The notes below the pieces were generated by a model, which ran no database searches, was not told where the DNA came from, and worked only from the letters and a program-made list of their open reading frames with translations. Made by a program: the position numbers and the translations under genes. DNA of 64,000 nt from assembly GCF_009914755.1 (NCBI RefSeq), contig NC_060938.1. The stretch is one strand, 5' to 3'. Positions 39,170-52,745 of the stretch are shown one piece after another (position 1 is the stretch's first letter; every line of letters starts with the position of its first letter). This DNA is from the human T2T-CHM13v2.0 reference genome, Homo sapiens.

Positions 39170-39740
39170 TTAAAATATACTAATCACTCTACCTTCATTG
39201 TCATCTTCCTAAAATACATGTTGGATCACTCAAACTCCAGCTCAGAAGCCTTGCCAATGAATAAACTCAAAATCCTTAAAAAGATGTTGACAATTTTCCT
39301 TGATCCAGCACGAAATCGCTTCTCCAGGCTCATTGGCCCTTAGTTCTATTGCATTTCCTATACCTCAGTCCACTGGACCTGCTCACAGCTTCTCCAACAC
39401 TACTCAGCCGCAGGTCCAAGTCAGCACGTGTGATGTTTCCTCAGGGTGGGTGCTCTTCTCTACTTTCTGTTCATCCAACCTCTATTTCTTCAAAATTCAG
39501 TTCAAATACTGCTTCACCCATTAAGCTCTTCCTAATTCTCCCTCAGTCAAAATTAATCGCATTTGATGCATCCCCTCAGCACATTGCTTCGGTGTGGTTT
39601 CTCACATATGTCATCCTATGATGTTCACTAGATTATAAGCTCCTTGAAGGCAGGAACTATACCTTTCATCTTCATTTTCTTACCAGTGCCTCACACAACA
39701 TGTAATAGGTGCTGCTTTATTGGCAAATGGATGAACAATA
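39170..39740 (+). mobile_element. L2 3' fragment
   Basis: CACTAGATTATAAGCTCCTTGAAGGCAGGAAC...CAGTGCCTCACACAA...TAGGTGCT is an L2 3' end. Confidence 0.65.
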
Positions 39741-40993
39741 TTTCTTTCTACTTTGTTAATCTTGAAATTGGGAATCACTGAATTGTTAGACTGTCAACTT
39801 AATTTCCCTACATTTGTGGCTTTATGAACATGGTTATAGATATAAACATACCTGACACACTTATAGAAGAAGAGATTATATATTTCCTCAGAGCAACACA
39901 TTATGCTAGTGGAAAAATCTTTGTTAATAAGTTATTTTGCTTACATCTGAATGTACCATCAAATGCTCAGTTCATTCATCTTGTATCTGTCCTTAGAGGA
40001 ATCAAAGATTATTTTGCCTTTATTCTTTGAATAATCTCTTACTAAAGTAAATAATCAGCGTGAAAATCAGAAAAACGAAATAAATGAACTTTGAATTGGG
40101 GTATCTCATATATCAGGATTGCTTCACTTCAATTTGTAGCCCAGTTTGACTTGTAAGAAAATTAGTGGAAATTAATCAATATATGGTATTATTTTGTTTT
40201 TCCAAGATTGTGGGTTTGAGTTGCCACAAATTAGAATTATTTGCTACCAACTCAGCCCACTCTTCATTAAGATATAAAATTTCACAGCATCATGAGGAGT
40301 TTGTTCTTTTTCCTTAAACAGTACCCCTAAAAAATATATATTATGGAATGAGAATTTCTCAGTCTTCTCAGGAGCCTTCCAAGACATTGTTTAGCAAAAC
40401 AATGGGTTAGTGTCTCTTCTCTTTTTTCTAGCACAACCCTCAGTTCATGGCAGTTTCCAGGAAAGGAAAACAGGAAATTAAGTTCTTAAAGGATTCCTGG
40501 AAGTCTCTCTTGTTAAAATCACCTGTTTGGACTTTTCTTTGTGTCTCCCACACTTCTAAGTTTAACACCACATGCAAAGCCCAGTTAGAAAGAGATCTAG
40601 AAAGCCACATTTAACTTCCTTTTTAAGCTTTCATTTTTTTTTCTTTTTTAGAGTGGTCTCAAATGGTGGGGATTAAGGTCTTTAACAGGCAGCAGTTACT
40701 GTCCACAAATAGTAGACCTCTCTAATTCACACCATTTTAATTACATCTAAAATTTCTGCCAATTATATGGCGAAGGATTATATGGCAGGGCAAAGGACGC
40801 GGGGTGGATGTGGAGCCTGAGCAGCTTTCTCTTTTAGAAACAGAAGAACCTGTAATGGAAAAATGCAACAGTTGTTGAAGAATGGAGATAACAGAAGTGG
40901 TAAGTCAAAGTACTTGATTACACAATAATCTTCCACAGAGTGCTCATTACTGCTAAATAATTGACTGTGTTGCCAGGTTTCTCAGTGAGGAAA

Positions 40994-41008
40994 GGGTCAA
41001 GGAGGTCA
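40994..41008 (+). promoter_or_regulatory. Consensus DR3 nuclear-receptor element GGGTCA-AGG-AGGTCA
   Basis: Exact RGGTCA direct repeat with a 3-nt spacer. Binding is not shown. Confidence 0.35.
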
Positions 41009-42593
41009 GTTATCTGGTGGTAATGACCGTAGCAGTCATTAGAGGGTATTAAAGCTATTAAGAATAGAAGTTTAACTTTTTATTGAAGTTTTTATTTAAA
41101 TGATATTAACTTCAATTCAACTTTTAATTGAGGTGCAACCATCCAAATTCTACAGTCGGGCACCAAGAAGTAATGAACATAAAATTACATGTTCTTTTGA
41201 TAGGTTGATGGGTCTTTATTAGAATTTCAAGGGCCTCCACAGAGCTGTTATTAGACACAAGCTGCTCTGAAGTCTTCTATTAGAATTAGGGCTGGGTGAA
41301 AGATTTCTAGGAAATAATTTTAACCTGGACCACTGAAAGGTTTAGGGAAAAAAAGAAAGGAAGGAAGTTCTGTCTTTTGTTTTTGCCTTTATTTTTATTT
41401 TTTTTAAGGTGAAAAGGCCTGTTTATATGGCTAGATTTGCACGCATTTGCCAGGCCTTTAAACATAATATATATCTCCTTTCCTCCCTTTTTCTCTTCCT
41501 TCCTTTTTTCCTTTCTCTGCAACTCAATGGAAATAGAAAAAAAGTCCAAAACACCAGATTTTTTTTTCTCTAAATTTTAAGGAATGTTATCTTTCCTAAA
41601 AATTAAACACATCTGTGTGTTGCTGTTTCTATTAAGGTAGCAGTATCTGTGAAAAGTCAGAATAAAATGAACACTTTGTTAAAATATTTAAGTTAAGCCA
41701 AATAAAAATGAAAGTTAATGCCAGAACTTTACCATTCGTGATTTATAAATAAGCTGTTTTCTAAATAAAAATAACCACCCACCTGCAGTCAGATCTCTTA
41801 GAGAAATGGGAGGGATGTGCCGTTTGAGGAGGGAATCTTCTATTACTACTCCTCCAGGAACAAAAGAAAGATAATTTCGAGGTTCATAATTTTACCTCTG
41901 TGAGCCAACAAGGAAGGAGCTGGGGTAGTGAACAATTTCATAAACAAAATCGTCCATACCTAAAACCCTTTGTTTCTTTGTAATCATAAACTTTATGAAG
42001 ATTCGCTGTTAAGTTGGTTGGCTGCCATTTACAGCAAAGATATTTGCTAGAAGAATTGATAATGGCCTTTTTTCCTTTGGAAAAGAACTTAAGCTATTTT
42101 ACATTTTTGGTAGATAGCCAGCATTTTGTCATTTAAACGTGTCACATTACTATGAAAACATCATGCATCATAACACAGCATAACAATGTGTTTTGCTGAA
42201 GTGCGAGTTTCTCAAAAAAAAAAAAAAAAAAGGAAAGAAAAAGAAAGAAGGCAGTCATGTTTTTTTTTTTTTTTCCACAATGTGAAAGCCATTTGAGTAT
42301 ATTTTCCCCCAAGAGCCTGTAGAACTGGGCGCTTGAACTAGCCACACATCTGTGGATGCTCAGCTGTAAGTGGGTCTCTCTTATAAATGTGAGGGGCCAA
42401 CCCTAAGCTTTGTTGCTAGTAAGAGAATGTACAAGTAAGATTATGAGAAGTTCAAGTGAAGCTAATTGCATATAAGCATTTTTTTTTTTTTTTTGGTCAG
42501 GAAGCCAGAAGAACTAGAACCTGGATTTTTAAATATAACTCAATACTTCAGTGTGACTTGAAATTATGTCTTTTATAAGAATGAGAATACTCT

Positions 42594-42725
42594 GGCCGGG
42601 CACAGTGGCTCATGCCTGTAATCTGAACACTTTGAGAGGCTGAGGCAGGAGGATCTCTTGAGGCCAGGACCGGCCTGGGCAACAAGCAAGACCCTGTCTC
42701 TACAGAAAATTAAATTTTTTTAAAA
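42594..42725 (+). mobile_element. FLAM_C / free left Alu monomer with TSD
   Basis: Left monomer only. The 17-nt TSD is AAGAATGA(G/T)AATACTCT at 42577-42593 and 42726-42742. Confidence 0.88.
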
Positions 42726-45700
42726 AAGAATGATAATACTCTGCCATAATTCATTGACTTACTAAAGCGTTAGTTTGGAATGACCTCATTATGAGAGGAA
42801 AAGAAAACTGCCTCCCAATAGCTGGGTTTAAATGACCATTTCTGTGTGGGATCTGGAAATGTATTCTGGTGTGTGAATTTTTCTTCTCCAGTGTACAGGC
42901 CAAAGTACCAGCTCTCAACTGCCTCTTCTTGTTCCCATTAAATAAGTTGTCACAATTTAACACGTAGACGTTTTAATTGAAGATCTCATTTCATCTTAAA
43001 CTTGGGCTTTGAGAAGATCTTATTTCATAGGCCCACTTCATTTACTTCAAACCATCTTTAAATTGGAATTAGAAATAAAGTCCCAGTTAGAATATAAGCA
43101 GCTTATTTGATTGTTCAACATTAGAGAATGCAAGATTTTTTTTCAACTATAATAACAGTATGTTGGAAATTACCACATGTTGCTATTGTAAGGAAAAAAA
43201 GGCAATATAATGCATTACTTGTAGAATTTGATGAAAAACTTTTTAATGCAATGGAATTGGGTATCAGCATTGATTTTATTTTCCAAGACATTTTGCAATA
43301 ATTTTTACAGTAGTTCAGGGGAAAAAAGGAGATACTTTTGGACCAGAGAGAAAAAATTCCTATCAAGGCTGTCACCTGCTAGGACTTAGAAGCAAGCAAT
43401 GATCCCAACAGAAGTGAAATTATAACCTGTTATGCGAGCCTCTAATGTTCTTTGAAATTTGAGGTAAAGGGTAGGTAAGCCCTTCTACATGGCATGTGTA
43501 AAGTCTATGTAACAATGTAACCCTTTCCTGATACAAAGGGGTTAGTTCTTTTAATGTTTTAAATAATTTATTTTTCTTTATGATATTAATAGTAATAGAT
43601 GCTCATTGAAGAAAACCTGGAAAGTACAGAAAATAATACAAAATAAATAAAATCACAACTATCTTACCACCAAATGACAAGGTTGGCTAACATTCTGATG
43701 TAGTCAGCAGATATTCTTCTGGCTTCTTTTGTAGCCATTACAGCATTCTGATGTAGCATTCTGAAGATCCTTCTGGTCTTTCTTTCTACTGCTAATAGTT
43801 TTGTTGAATTTTTAAAAATTCACAGATTACATGGAGAGATTTAAATTAGATCAAGATATTTTATACTTCATATTTTTATTAAGAAATATACTTTCCATGT
43901 CTCATTTTCCACAAATAACATTTTGTTTTGTTTGAGAGATTTGTTCTCATATTTATTTTACTAAAATTTCATATGGCATATGAAATACCTCATCTGTTGT
44001 TTACCATGTTATTTTTAAAAAATTATTCTTTGAGCGCCCCGTATATAAGATTAAGATTAGCACCCTGTGTGTAAGATTAAGATTAGCACCACTTCTGTGC
44101 TTATGCAAACAAACTCATGATGTTATAATGACAGGTTTTATATTTATCGATTTTCCACTTTCCAGAATGCCTTCTTGGAAACTTTATGATTTCCTGATTG
44201 GATTTCATGATTGAATAGTTTATAATTTTTTAAGGCTGAGATTGGTTATATTTTAAATAGGTTTTACAAATATGGCAAGAAAGTTAGTAAACACTGGATA
44301 TTACAGTTGTGTAGTTGTACAAAACCAGGAGAAATACATTTATTGATCTCTTGAGAGCAGTAATTACCGCATACAGAGATTGGATTCTATTTATATTCTT
44401 CCAGTGCTTCAGATTTCTTTGCTATGATTGAACCCAGCACTATAGCATTTTACCAGTAAGATGTAGCTCATGATGCTAGTTGAGTTACTCTGCAGAAAGT
44501 AGCCTTAGAATAAGCTGTTGAAGTTGCCACGTAAATGAGATGTTTAAAATGATTTTAAAATTTACAACAACATTTTGATTGTCAATTTAGGTAAAGGTCT
44601 TAAGAAAGCAAATATAATACACTCTGGATGTGGTTAGGCTGTGAGTTGTTAATGTTCTTTCATAAGCATGGTGACATGTAGTAGATCATTATAATACCAA
44701 AGAAGGCTTTTTGGACCTTGATGACATTGTATTAGCATTCTACAGAGTTTTAGGAAAAGGCATTTTAGAAGATGGACGTGAGACAACTTTCTCTTCCCAA
44801 TGTTAGGATTTTCAGCAGTATATTCATTCTTTTCCCTCAAGGCTTATAAACATTTTTTGGTGTTTTGTTTGTCTGTTTGTTTGTTTTTTGTTTTTAATGA
44901 GGGAGGTTAGGAAGTGATGTTGTAACTGGGATGTCTGTTTTGCTATGAACCATTTACTATACTTTTCCTTTCTTGTCCAGGTAAACAATAACAAATATTT
45001 AGTGAGCATCTTATGTGAAAAACATATGTCGAATTATTTTTAATTGCCTTTATATAAAAGTTTAGGAGCTCTTGCTGTATAGGGGGATCTTAACTGCTGG
45101 AATGATCAGTCAATTCATTTAGCCTTTGTCTAATCATTTATTCTATGAATGTTTATTAAGTATTTAATGCCTACCATACATCCTAATATGTTGTCTTCCC
45201 TAGACTTTCAAGTTTTGTGTCATGGGAGAACTTGGGCTTCTCCTATAAAATATTTTGTAGGATTGCAAGAAAGAAGAGAGACCATTTTCTAATTAAATGT
45301 CAGGCAAAATTAATCTTTAAAGAGAATGTTCTAGTATCAGCAAACTTTATGCTCAGAGGAAATGATAAATTTGCAGAGATGTGCATCTATATCCAAGAAT
45401 CCAAACAGGAGAGCTTGATGGGGAACTGAAAAGGGGATCAAAAATCTGGGCTTTGGACCATAGAAACACTGACCTTTTGGAAAGGACTTGAAAGCTATAA
45501 ATGACGAGCAGGGGCAAGAGACTGGGACAGGAAAAACCAATCAGAGAGCATAAAGCTAAGATTCAGACTCTAGCTTTATATGTTTTAAAAAATTCCAAAG
45601 AAAGGCTTGGAAATGACTTTCTAAGAACATCATTTTTATTTGATTTAATCATTTGCATATTTGGGGGTAACTTGTTTGTACCAAAATGTGGTTAGATTAG

Positions 45701-46192
45701 TTGATTCTTAACTATCACTCATTTGTATCACATATATTTTGTATGAGACTGGAATAATTTATCGGATCAGCAGCCACAAAGAATCAGCAAGTAAAATCAT
45801 TCTAAATGTAATGCTATCTAGGATAGAAAAATCAAGAAAGTATGGACACATGTTAACTGGGTCTTTTCTCTGTTTACTTTTTTCTAATTTAATTTCATTT
45901 TAATTGTAATGAAACAGTATAAAGGATTCATATCCACCTCATCAATTCATATAAACTGTCTTTGATTCACATTTCAGTCTTTGACAGATTTTTAAGCACA
46001 AAATGATAAAATCATACAGCATAAGGCTTTTACATCAGAAAATATGGAAATAGAACAGTAGTTGTTCTCTTTAGGACAGAGCCCTCTATCCAGGCAAAAC
46101 AAGAGATTTCATCCCCTTCTACGAAGTTTACTCATTTTGGTCTGTTGCTTTAATTTATAGTGACAGCATCTGCAAAAAGCACAGGGTTACTC

Positions 46193-46601
46193 TGGTAGAT
46201 TGCATTGTTGTTCCCATGATTCACTCCCCTTTTCTGTAAGAGGATTATACACCCCTGTCTATTACCATGTGACTTGCAGGCCTCCTGTGGAGGAGGATGC
46301 ACCCCTGCCCCATCAACTTTTAGCTTGGCTGGTATGAGCTTTGGACAATGGTAAGTGAGCAGATGCTTTAGGAGCCATTGCATGTCTCCGCTAGCTCTCT
46401 GGCTCTTTTCCTTCTGACACAAGAATAGCATATCCAAATAGGAGCTGCATCCAGGAATGAAGAATGAAGACAGATAGAGAAAACCCGCAACCCACTCACA
46501 GCCATCCTAAGCAGGCATGTAATGTAAGTGAGAAGTAAACATTTGCTTTCCTATGCCTCTAACATTGGAGGGTTGTTACTGCAGCAAAGCCTACCAAATA
46601 C
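46193..46601 (+). mobile_element. MLT1 (MLT1I-like) solo LTR
   Basis: TGGTAGATTGCATTGTTGTTCCC...CCATGTGACTTGCAG...GTGAGAAGTAAACATTTG...TTGTTACTGCAGCA...AATACA, with TG...CA termini. Confidence 0.75.
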
Positions 46602-46889
46602 AATAACCAAAGGCTTGACCATGTGTTTCCCCAACCTCAGCAAACCAGGCTGCACTTCTTCATGTCTCCCATCTCTAAGTCTTCCTCCAATATCGTTCGT
46701 GTCACAAATAAGGAAGCTTACAAATCTTCCATGGCTCCTTATTTTAAATGTGAAACTTGTCTATTTCCAAGGCAAGCCTATAGTCTAATTTCTGTGTCAA
46801 ACTTATTTTCTGTTTTTACTCCACACAGCCTCCATCACTAGTTGAGCCAGTTTCCTCATTGTCTCACAATCTCTACACATCTGCTTAGA

Positions 46890-47135
46890 GCAGTAGAATA
46901 CAGTGGTTAAAACTAGCTTCTGGATTCAGCCTGGGACTGAACCCAGGTCCCAGTGCCAACTAGCTGGGTAACCTTGAACAAGTTACTCAACCTATCTAAG
47001 CTTCAATTTCCTTAAAATTGGATAATTCAAGAAGGATAATAAGAGTACCCAACTCACAGGGCTATAATATTAACTGATGTTAGGCATATAAAATGCTTAG
47101 TGTGGTACCTGTCTCATAGTAAATGCTCAAGAAGT
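46890..47135 (+). mobile_element. MIR
   Basis: GCAGTAGAATACAGTGGTTAA...CTAGCTGGGTAACCTTGAACAAGTTACTCAACCTATCTAAGCTTCAATTTCC...ATAGTAAATGCTCAA. Confidence 0.8.
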
Positions 47136-47676
47136 GATAACTGGTTGTTGCTTTTATCTGGAATGCTTTTTTGCCTTCTGACTTATCTCAATCCTAACCA
47201 AACTTCAACTTTGAGTTCAAAGTTTATTTCTCTATGAAGTCTTCCCTTACAATTTTTTTGATAGTGTCTTTTACTTTCTCATTGTTGTTTCCTGTGAATT
47301 AGGCTATCCCTGGTTCTAATCTTCTTGAAGGCAAACAGTGAGTTAAACCTACTCTGTATCCTATAGGCTGAGGACATCATGGCTATCCAGTCTAATTAAT
47401 CGATAATATTTACCCTGTTGAGGTTATTCATTTTGAGAGCCAGTTATTTTTTTGGAGGGGTGGTGATAGGGAGTAGGGGTGCAGTCAGTGCAGAAATGGC
47501 CATAGTTTTAATAGAATATTACTTTTAAGCAGCTCTGAAAATTGTTGACATCTGTCATGTCATCCAAGTCTTTTCCTAAATAGACCTAAAATTTGAAAGA
47601 ATCCTGTAGTTATAACAAGAGGTTTGGTGTTAAGATAAAAACATATTAAGTGAGGCTTGTACTGGGATTAGTTTTC

Positions 47677-47795
47677 TTTTCTTTTTTTTTAATTTTTAAT
47701 TTTTTTATTTCAATAAGTTTTTGGGGAACGGGTGGTGATTAGTTACATGAGTAAGTTCTTTAGCGGCGCTTTCTGAGATTTTGGTGTACCCATCA
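47677..47795 (-). mobile_element. Very short L1PB1-like 3' end with TSD
   Basis: TATTTCAATAAGTTTTTGGGGAACGGGTGGTG...TAAGTTCTTTAGCGGCGCTTTCTGAGATTTTGGTGTACCCATCA. TSD TGGG(A/G)TTAGTTTTC at 47663-47676 and 47796-47809. Confidence 0.85.
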
Positions 47796-49289
47796 TGGGG
47801 TTAGTTTTCAGTGTAAACTCAAGAGTGACCCTCAGTATTGCTGAGTTTAATCAGGGGAATTTTGAAAGAGAAGATCATTCCTAGCTAAATAAAGTGTATG
47901 TTCTGCCAAGGTCAAGTTGTATTATTTGAGACCCACTGCTGAGTACTTTATTAATTATTTTCAGATTGGAAAATAAAATTACAGCTTTTCCAGGAAACTC
48001 TGGGAATCAATTTATTTTAGTAGGGGAATAGGAGCAAGGAAAAGCAGCTTGCCAATTCTATGCAACTGTGAAGAACAGGGAATTACGAAAAGCTTGCTGT
48101 ATGAGTCATAGTTAGAGTAAAAATCCTTGCTTCAGGGATTAACATCTACATAAGTTATGGACAAAATAAGTAACTGGGGCTCCATATGGATATTTTATTG
48201 TCCATTCTAATTTGTATCAATCACTAAAAAGAAAGGATCACATGATACAAGCATATCACTGATCCATCTGTAATTATGAAATCGAAAGTAATTTTAGAAA
48301 GTACTACCCTCAACAGAGAACTCATTTATTTATTTAGCTGTGGCTAGGAAGCTGTCCTAGAGCTGGGAGCTACTGTTGTAGCTAGATTAGATTAATGAAT
48401 TACCACAAAATCTGACTGAAATAACACTGGTAAAAATAGACAGTGGATATGTTCAAGGTAATTGATAATTATAGTGGGAGAAAAGAATGTTGAACATTTT
48501 TATGAGAAAATTATGTGTTCAATGGACATATTTTAATAAACACATAAAGAATGTTGAAAATGAGTGATTAATTGTAACTTATTTTTTAAAAGTATGAATC
48601 TATGTGTGAAGGTTGTAGGAATATATAGGTTAAACCAAATAATGGTAGAAGAGAAGATTACTTCAAAGAATAGGATATTATAAAGCCATGTTTATTAGCT
48701 TTTGTCAGAGCAGTGCAGCACCATTCAATTTATTCATTGCTTTATGTTAGATAGTTCTCAAGAGACTGAAATCCACTATTAAGCTTACTGATTTACATGC
48801 AAATAGTGGTCTCTTCTCCCAGTTGTATATAGACTAGTATTTGTAAGGACTTTGTATTTTGCCCAGAAATGTTTTGCACTTATTTTTAAAATTAGTTAAA
48901 ATAAACGTGCTCCCTATTATACATTTTAAACCAAAAATCTATACCTTTAAAAATAACAGATTTTGAAATGCAGCAAATGGTACATGTGCAGAAACATCTA
49001 TACATATACAACATAATTGCTGGCAATCAAATTGCTTGCCCATCAGAACAAGCAAATGATGTCTGTTTTACTCCAGATTCATGGGTGCTGTCTTCATTAG
49101 GAATGTTAACTTATCAAAACATAATTTGTTGTACCGGAAAATTACTTTTTAAATTTCCTTAGGTGTATGATAGATTTTGAAAAACATTATTTTGATGTGT
49201 GAGTTTAAATCAAGGCAGCTAAATTAGATGAGATTGAGAAGTAAATATTCGAGTTCTTCTATATAGATAGGTGCTGAGAGTGGCATTCG

Positions 49290-50750
49290 TGGTTCAAAGA
49301 TGGGAAAGTTCCTGCTAGCCCTACAGTTACTCATAGCTGAGTGTGAGAGAGTGACATATAGCTCTGTGCTGTGAGTGCAGTGTGGTAAGTCATAATGGTA
49401 GAGAAGGATGTCTACACTGGGAATCACATAGCTTTCTGAAAGGGTGTGCTGGAATCAAATTTTAAAGAATGAATAAAAATTAGTCAGGTGAAAATGCCTT
49501 CAGAAAGTGTTCAGCATGACACTAGCAGGAAAACAATAAGTAATTCCACTGGGCTGTAGGAGTAGGAGTAAGTGGCATAAGATGAGGCCAGGAGGCAAGA
49601 GAGGAGCAGACTGTGAACGGACTTGTGTGACACCACTGATAGTTAAGAGGCACTTGTGAAGGTACTTAAGCAGGGGGTGGCATGATCAGCTGTGCAATTT
49701 AGAGGGGTCTCTAACAGCAGTGCAGAGGATGGTTGGGGGACACAAAATGGAGTCAGGGAAGGCAGTGAGAAGGTGGAGCCTCAAAGCAGTAACGCTGACA
49801 ATATAGAGAAGACAGGATGGATCCAAGAGATGTTAGGGAGGTAAAAAGTCCTTGGCCTAGCCTATCATCTCTATTTATAATTTCCGTATCTGTAAAATGG
49901 GAATACTATTCCTACTGTGTACTCCATAGGTTGTGTTGGAAGGATTAAATGTAAAGCACCACTTAACATAGGGCCTAGTACGTAGAATACATTTCATAAA
50001 TATTAGCTTATGATATGTCATAATACATCAGCAGAATGGGGTAACTGATGGGAAGAAAGCAAGAATGTAGTCAGCGCAGGCTGTTGAAGAAGTAATGAGT
50101 GAATAGCATTATATTCTGAGATAGGTAATTTTAGAGGAAGGATTGATTCTGAAGGCCAGAAGCCAGATTGTAGCAGGTTCAGGAATAAAATTTAGAGTGA
50201 AGAATTATAGAAAAGATAGATGACTCTAACAAGATATTTAACTGTGAAGGGAAGGAGGAAAATAATATCATAGCCAAAGGGAGATGTTTGATAAGTTTTT
50301 TTGTTATTTTATTTTTGTTTTTGTTTTGGGGTATTTGTAACATATAAGACTATGTGCAATCAAGTCAAGAGTCCAGAAGTAGTGACAAGGGGTAGATTGG
50401 TATAATGAACCATGAGATCTAAGTTGAAAAAACAGGAATGCAGAAGAGAGCTGATATAGAGGCAGGGATTAGAGTTACTTAGGACCTGTCTGGAAAGAAT
50501 AAGTGCATTAACAATGAGATGAGGGTGGAGAGTGGGAGTTGGGAGAATCAGTTTGTAGTTACAGTGTGGGACATGGGAGTTTACATTCTAGATATGGCAA
50601 AAATATGATAATGGGAGTTGATTGCAGAATGGTGTAGGTCATCGGAACTGAGGAAGCCAAGAAACTGGGATGTGGGAAGAATCAATATCACTTACACTGG
50701 AATTGTCGGAAGCAGAATGGGAGTGGGTGGAGGAGGGAGAAACAAAGATC
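49290..50750 (-). mobile_element. Degenerate L2 tract with an embedded MIR piece (about 49870-50010)
   Basis: Antisense L2 motifs (GAAGGTACTTAAGCAGGGGGTGGCATGATCAG; GGATGGATCCAAGAGATGTTAGGGAGGTAAAA) and MIR core CCGTATCTGTAAAATGGGAATA. Confidence 0.5.
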
Positions 50751-52281
50751 CCAGGGCAAGTGCCATAATCTTCAACCAATGAATCCAGTAGTGAGTCACA
50801 CAGAGACACTCAGTATGAGTTTCAAAGGACATATTTTTAAATTAGGGTAAAGAAACAGTGGCTTGGAAAAGGCTATAAGAACACAAAGACTGACTGTCTT
50901 GTGCATATTATGGTGAGTGGAGAGAGGAAGACCGAGCAGCCTCTACATCTAAGGAAAGGGCTAGTGGGGATGTCAAGGGGGAATATGAGCTGGGAGCACT
51001 ACTTGGGTGAGAGTAAGTGAAAAGACATAAGAAGGTCTCTCTCTTTGAGTACTGATGAAGACCGGCAAGGATGAGAGGCATAGTAGAGTTAACTGGTCCC
51101 AAACTTCCATTCTGATAAGGGCAGAGGCACTGGAGAATGTCAGCAGCCTGTGGCCTAACGGACAATATATTCAACTCTATTTTGTATGCCAGTGTTTTGT
51201 TTCTTTTTCTCTTCTGCTTCCAGTGTTTTTCCTATTTCACCGTGTATTAGCATTTCAGCCAGATATTTGAGGGAGAGAAATAGTGAGAAGAAATGAGCAT
51301 ACAATCAGGAGATGATTGCATATTGTCATGAAACCTTAAAAAATTGTTTTTGTTAAATAACTGCTGCAAAAGTTGATATTATCTAATGGCCTGATCCAAA
51401 CAAAATGGTATTATAAGTAGGAAGACCGCTTTTCTTTCTTTTTTTCTTTCTCTTTCCCTCTCTTTTTCTCCTCCTTTCCATATAAGACACATATATTGAG
51501 TTTTAACTACCAAAGCACTGTTCTTGGTTGTTGGTAGGGTAGAGGGTAAAGGGTGGTATAGAATGAACAGAACCTGGTTCCTACTCCTAAGATTGTTATA
51601 GATAAGAAAACAGACTTGTTAATATTCATAATATATATAACTATAATATACAACATAATATAACTATAATGCCAGAAAAACATAGACTAAAATGAGGGAA
51701 TGAATGATATCTTATGGAAGTATAGGGGAAAAACAAAGAATATGAAATGCTTTATGAATTAGTGTGTTTTAGTGGGAATTTTGGTTCTGAGATAGCAATA
51801 ACACTTCCTAAATTTCAAAATCTAGGTGACTTCATATATATATAGGATTTACTTTGGTTTTCTTTCAACAGCATGGATAATTGACATACAAACAATATAT
51901 GATATTTAAATGCTATTGCTATTGAGTGGTTCACACTAATGTTATGACCCATTAACACTTAGGAATAAGCCCTGAAGATGATTAAAGGAGTTATAGATGA
52001 TTCAGAAGTATCTGCGTTGTTTTTGCATGAATGTACGTGAACTTATGGTTTGTGGCTAATCATTGATATGTGCTTAAAGAATAGAGATATTTGTTCTCAG
52101 AGAATAGAAGGTTTCAAGTATATGTCAGATTTTTAGAGGAAGGATGCTATAGCCATCTTCATCTATCTCAAGACAAGAGCTAATGATTAATTGTCTATTT
52201 AGCACTATTGGGGTGACAGTAAGTGAAATGTGTCTATATAGCACAACAATCCCAATAAAAAGAATCATTCATATGTGTATT

Positions 52282-52745
52282 TATTCATTCAGTTGTCAAG
52301 GGTTCATTGAGTATCTTCTATGTGCTGGAAATCACACCAAGCTTTTGTGGAAACAATAGTGAGCAAAACCAGACAGGATTTGTCCCCTCATGAGGCTTGA
52401 GGAAGATAGAGTGTAATCACATTTTCACAAATAAACAAAAAATTGCACCTGTGAAAAATACCACAAGGGAGAAGTCCAAAGTGTTAGAAGAACTAGTAGT
52501 TAATTTGATCCACTCAGGGAGGTTAGGCAAGTGTTCACCAAGGAAGCAAAATGGAAGATCTAAACAATGATTAGACATTAAACAGGGAAAGGGGCTGCGG
52601 ACTGAAAATGTCTTCAGGCTGAAAGAGTATTAGTGATTATGAAACTGGAGAAAGACCATGGCACTGGAAGAGAGTGCAAGTAGGACTGGGTGTGGGGTGA
52701 GATTTGGGATGGAAGGAGCAGCCAGATTGCTTGGGGCCTTGTAGT
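52282..52745 (-). mobile_element. L2 fragment
   Basis: TATTCATTCAG...ATTGAGTATCTTCTATGTGCTGGAA...AACAATAGTGAGCAAAACCAGACA is an antisense L2 3' end. Confidence 0.65.

Noticed and set aside
51620-51670. TA-rich quasi-periodic tract (a similar one lies at about 59040-59105)
   Set aside because: Ordinary low-complexity AT-rich sequence.
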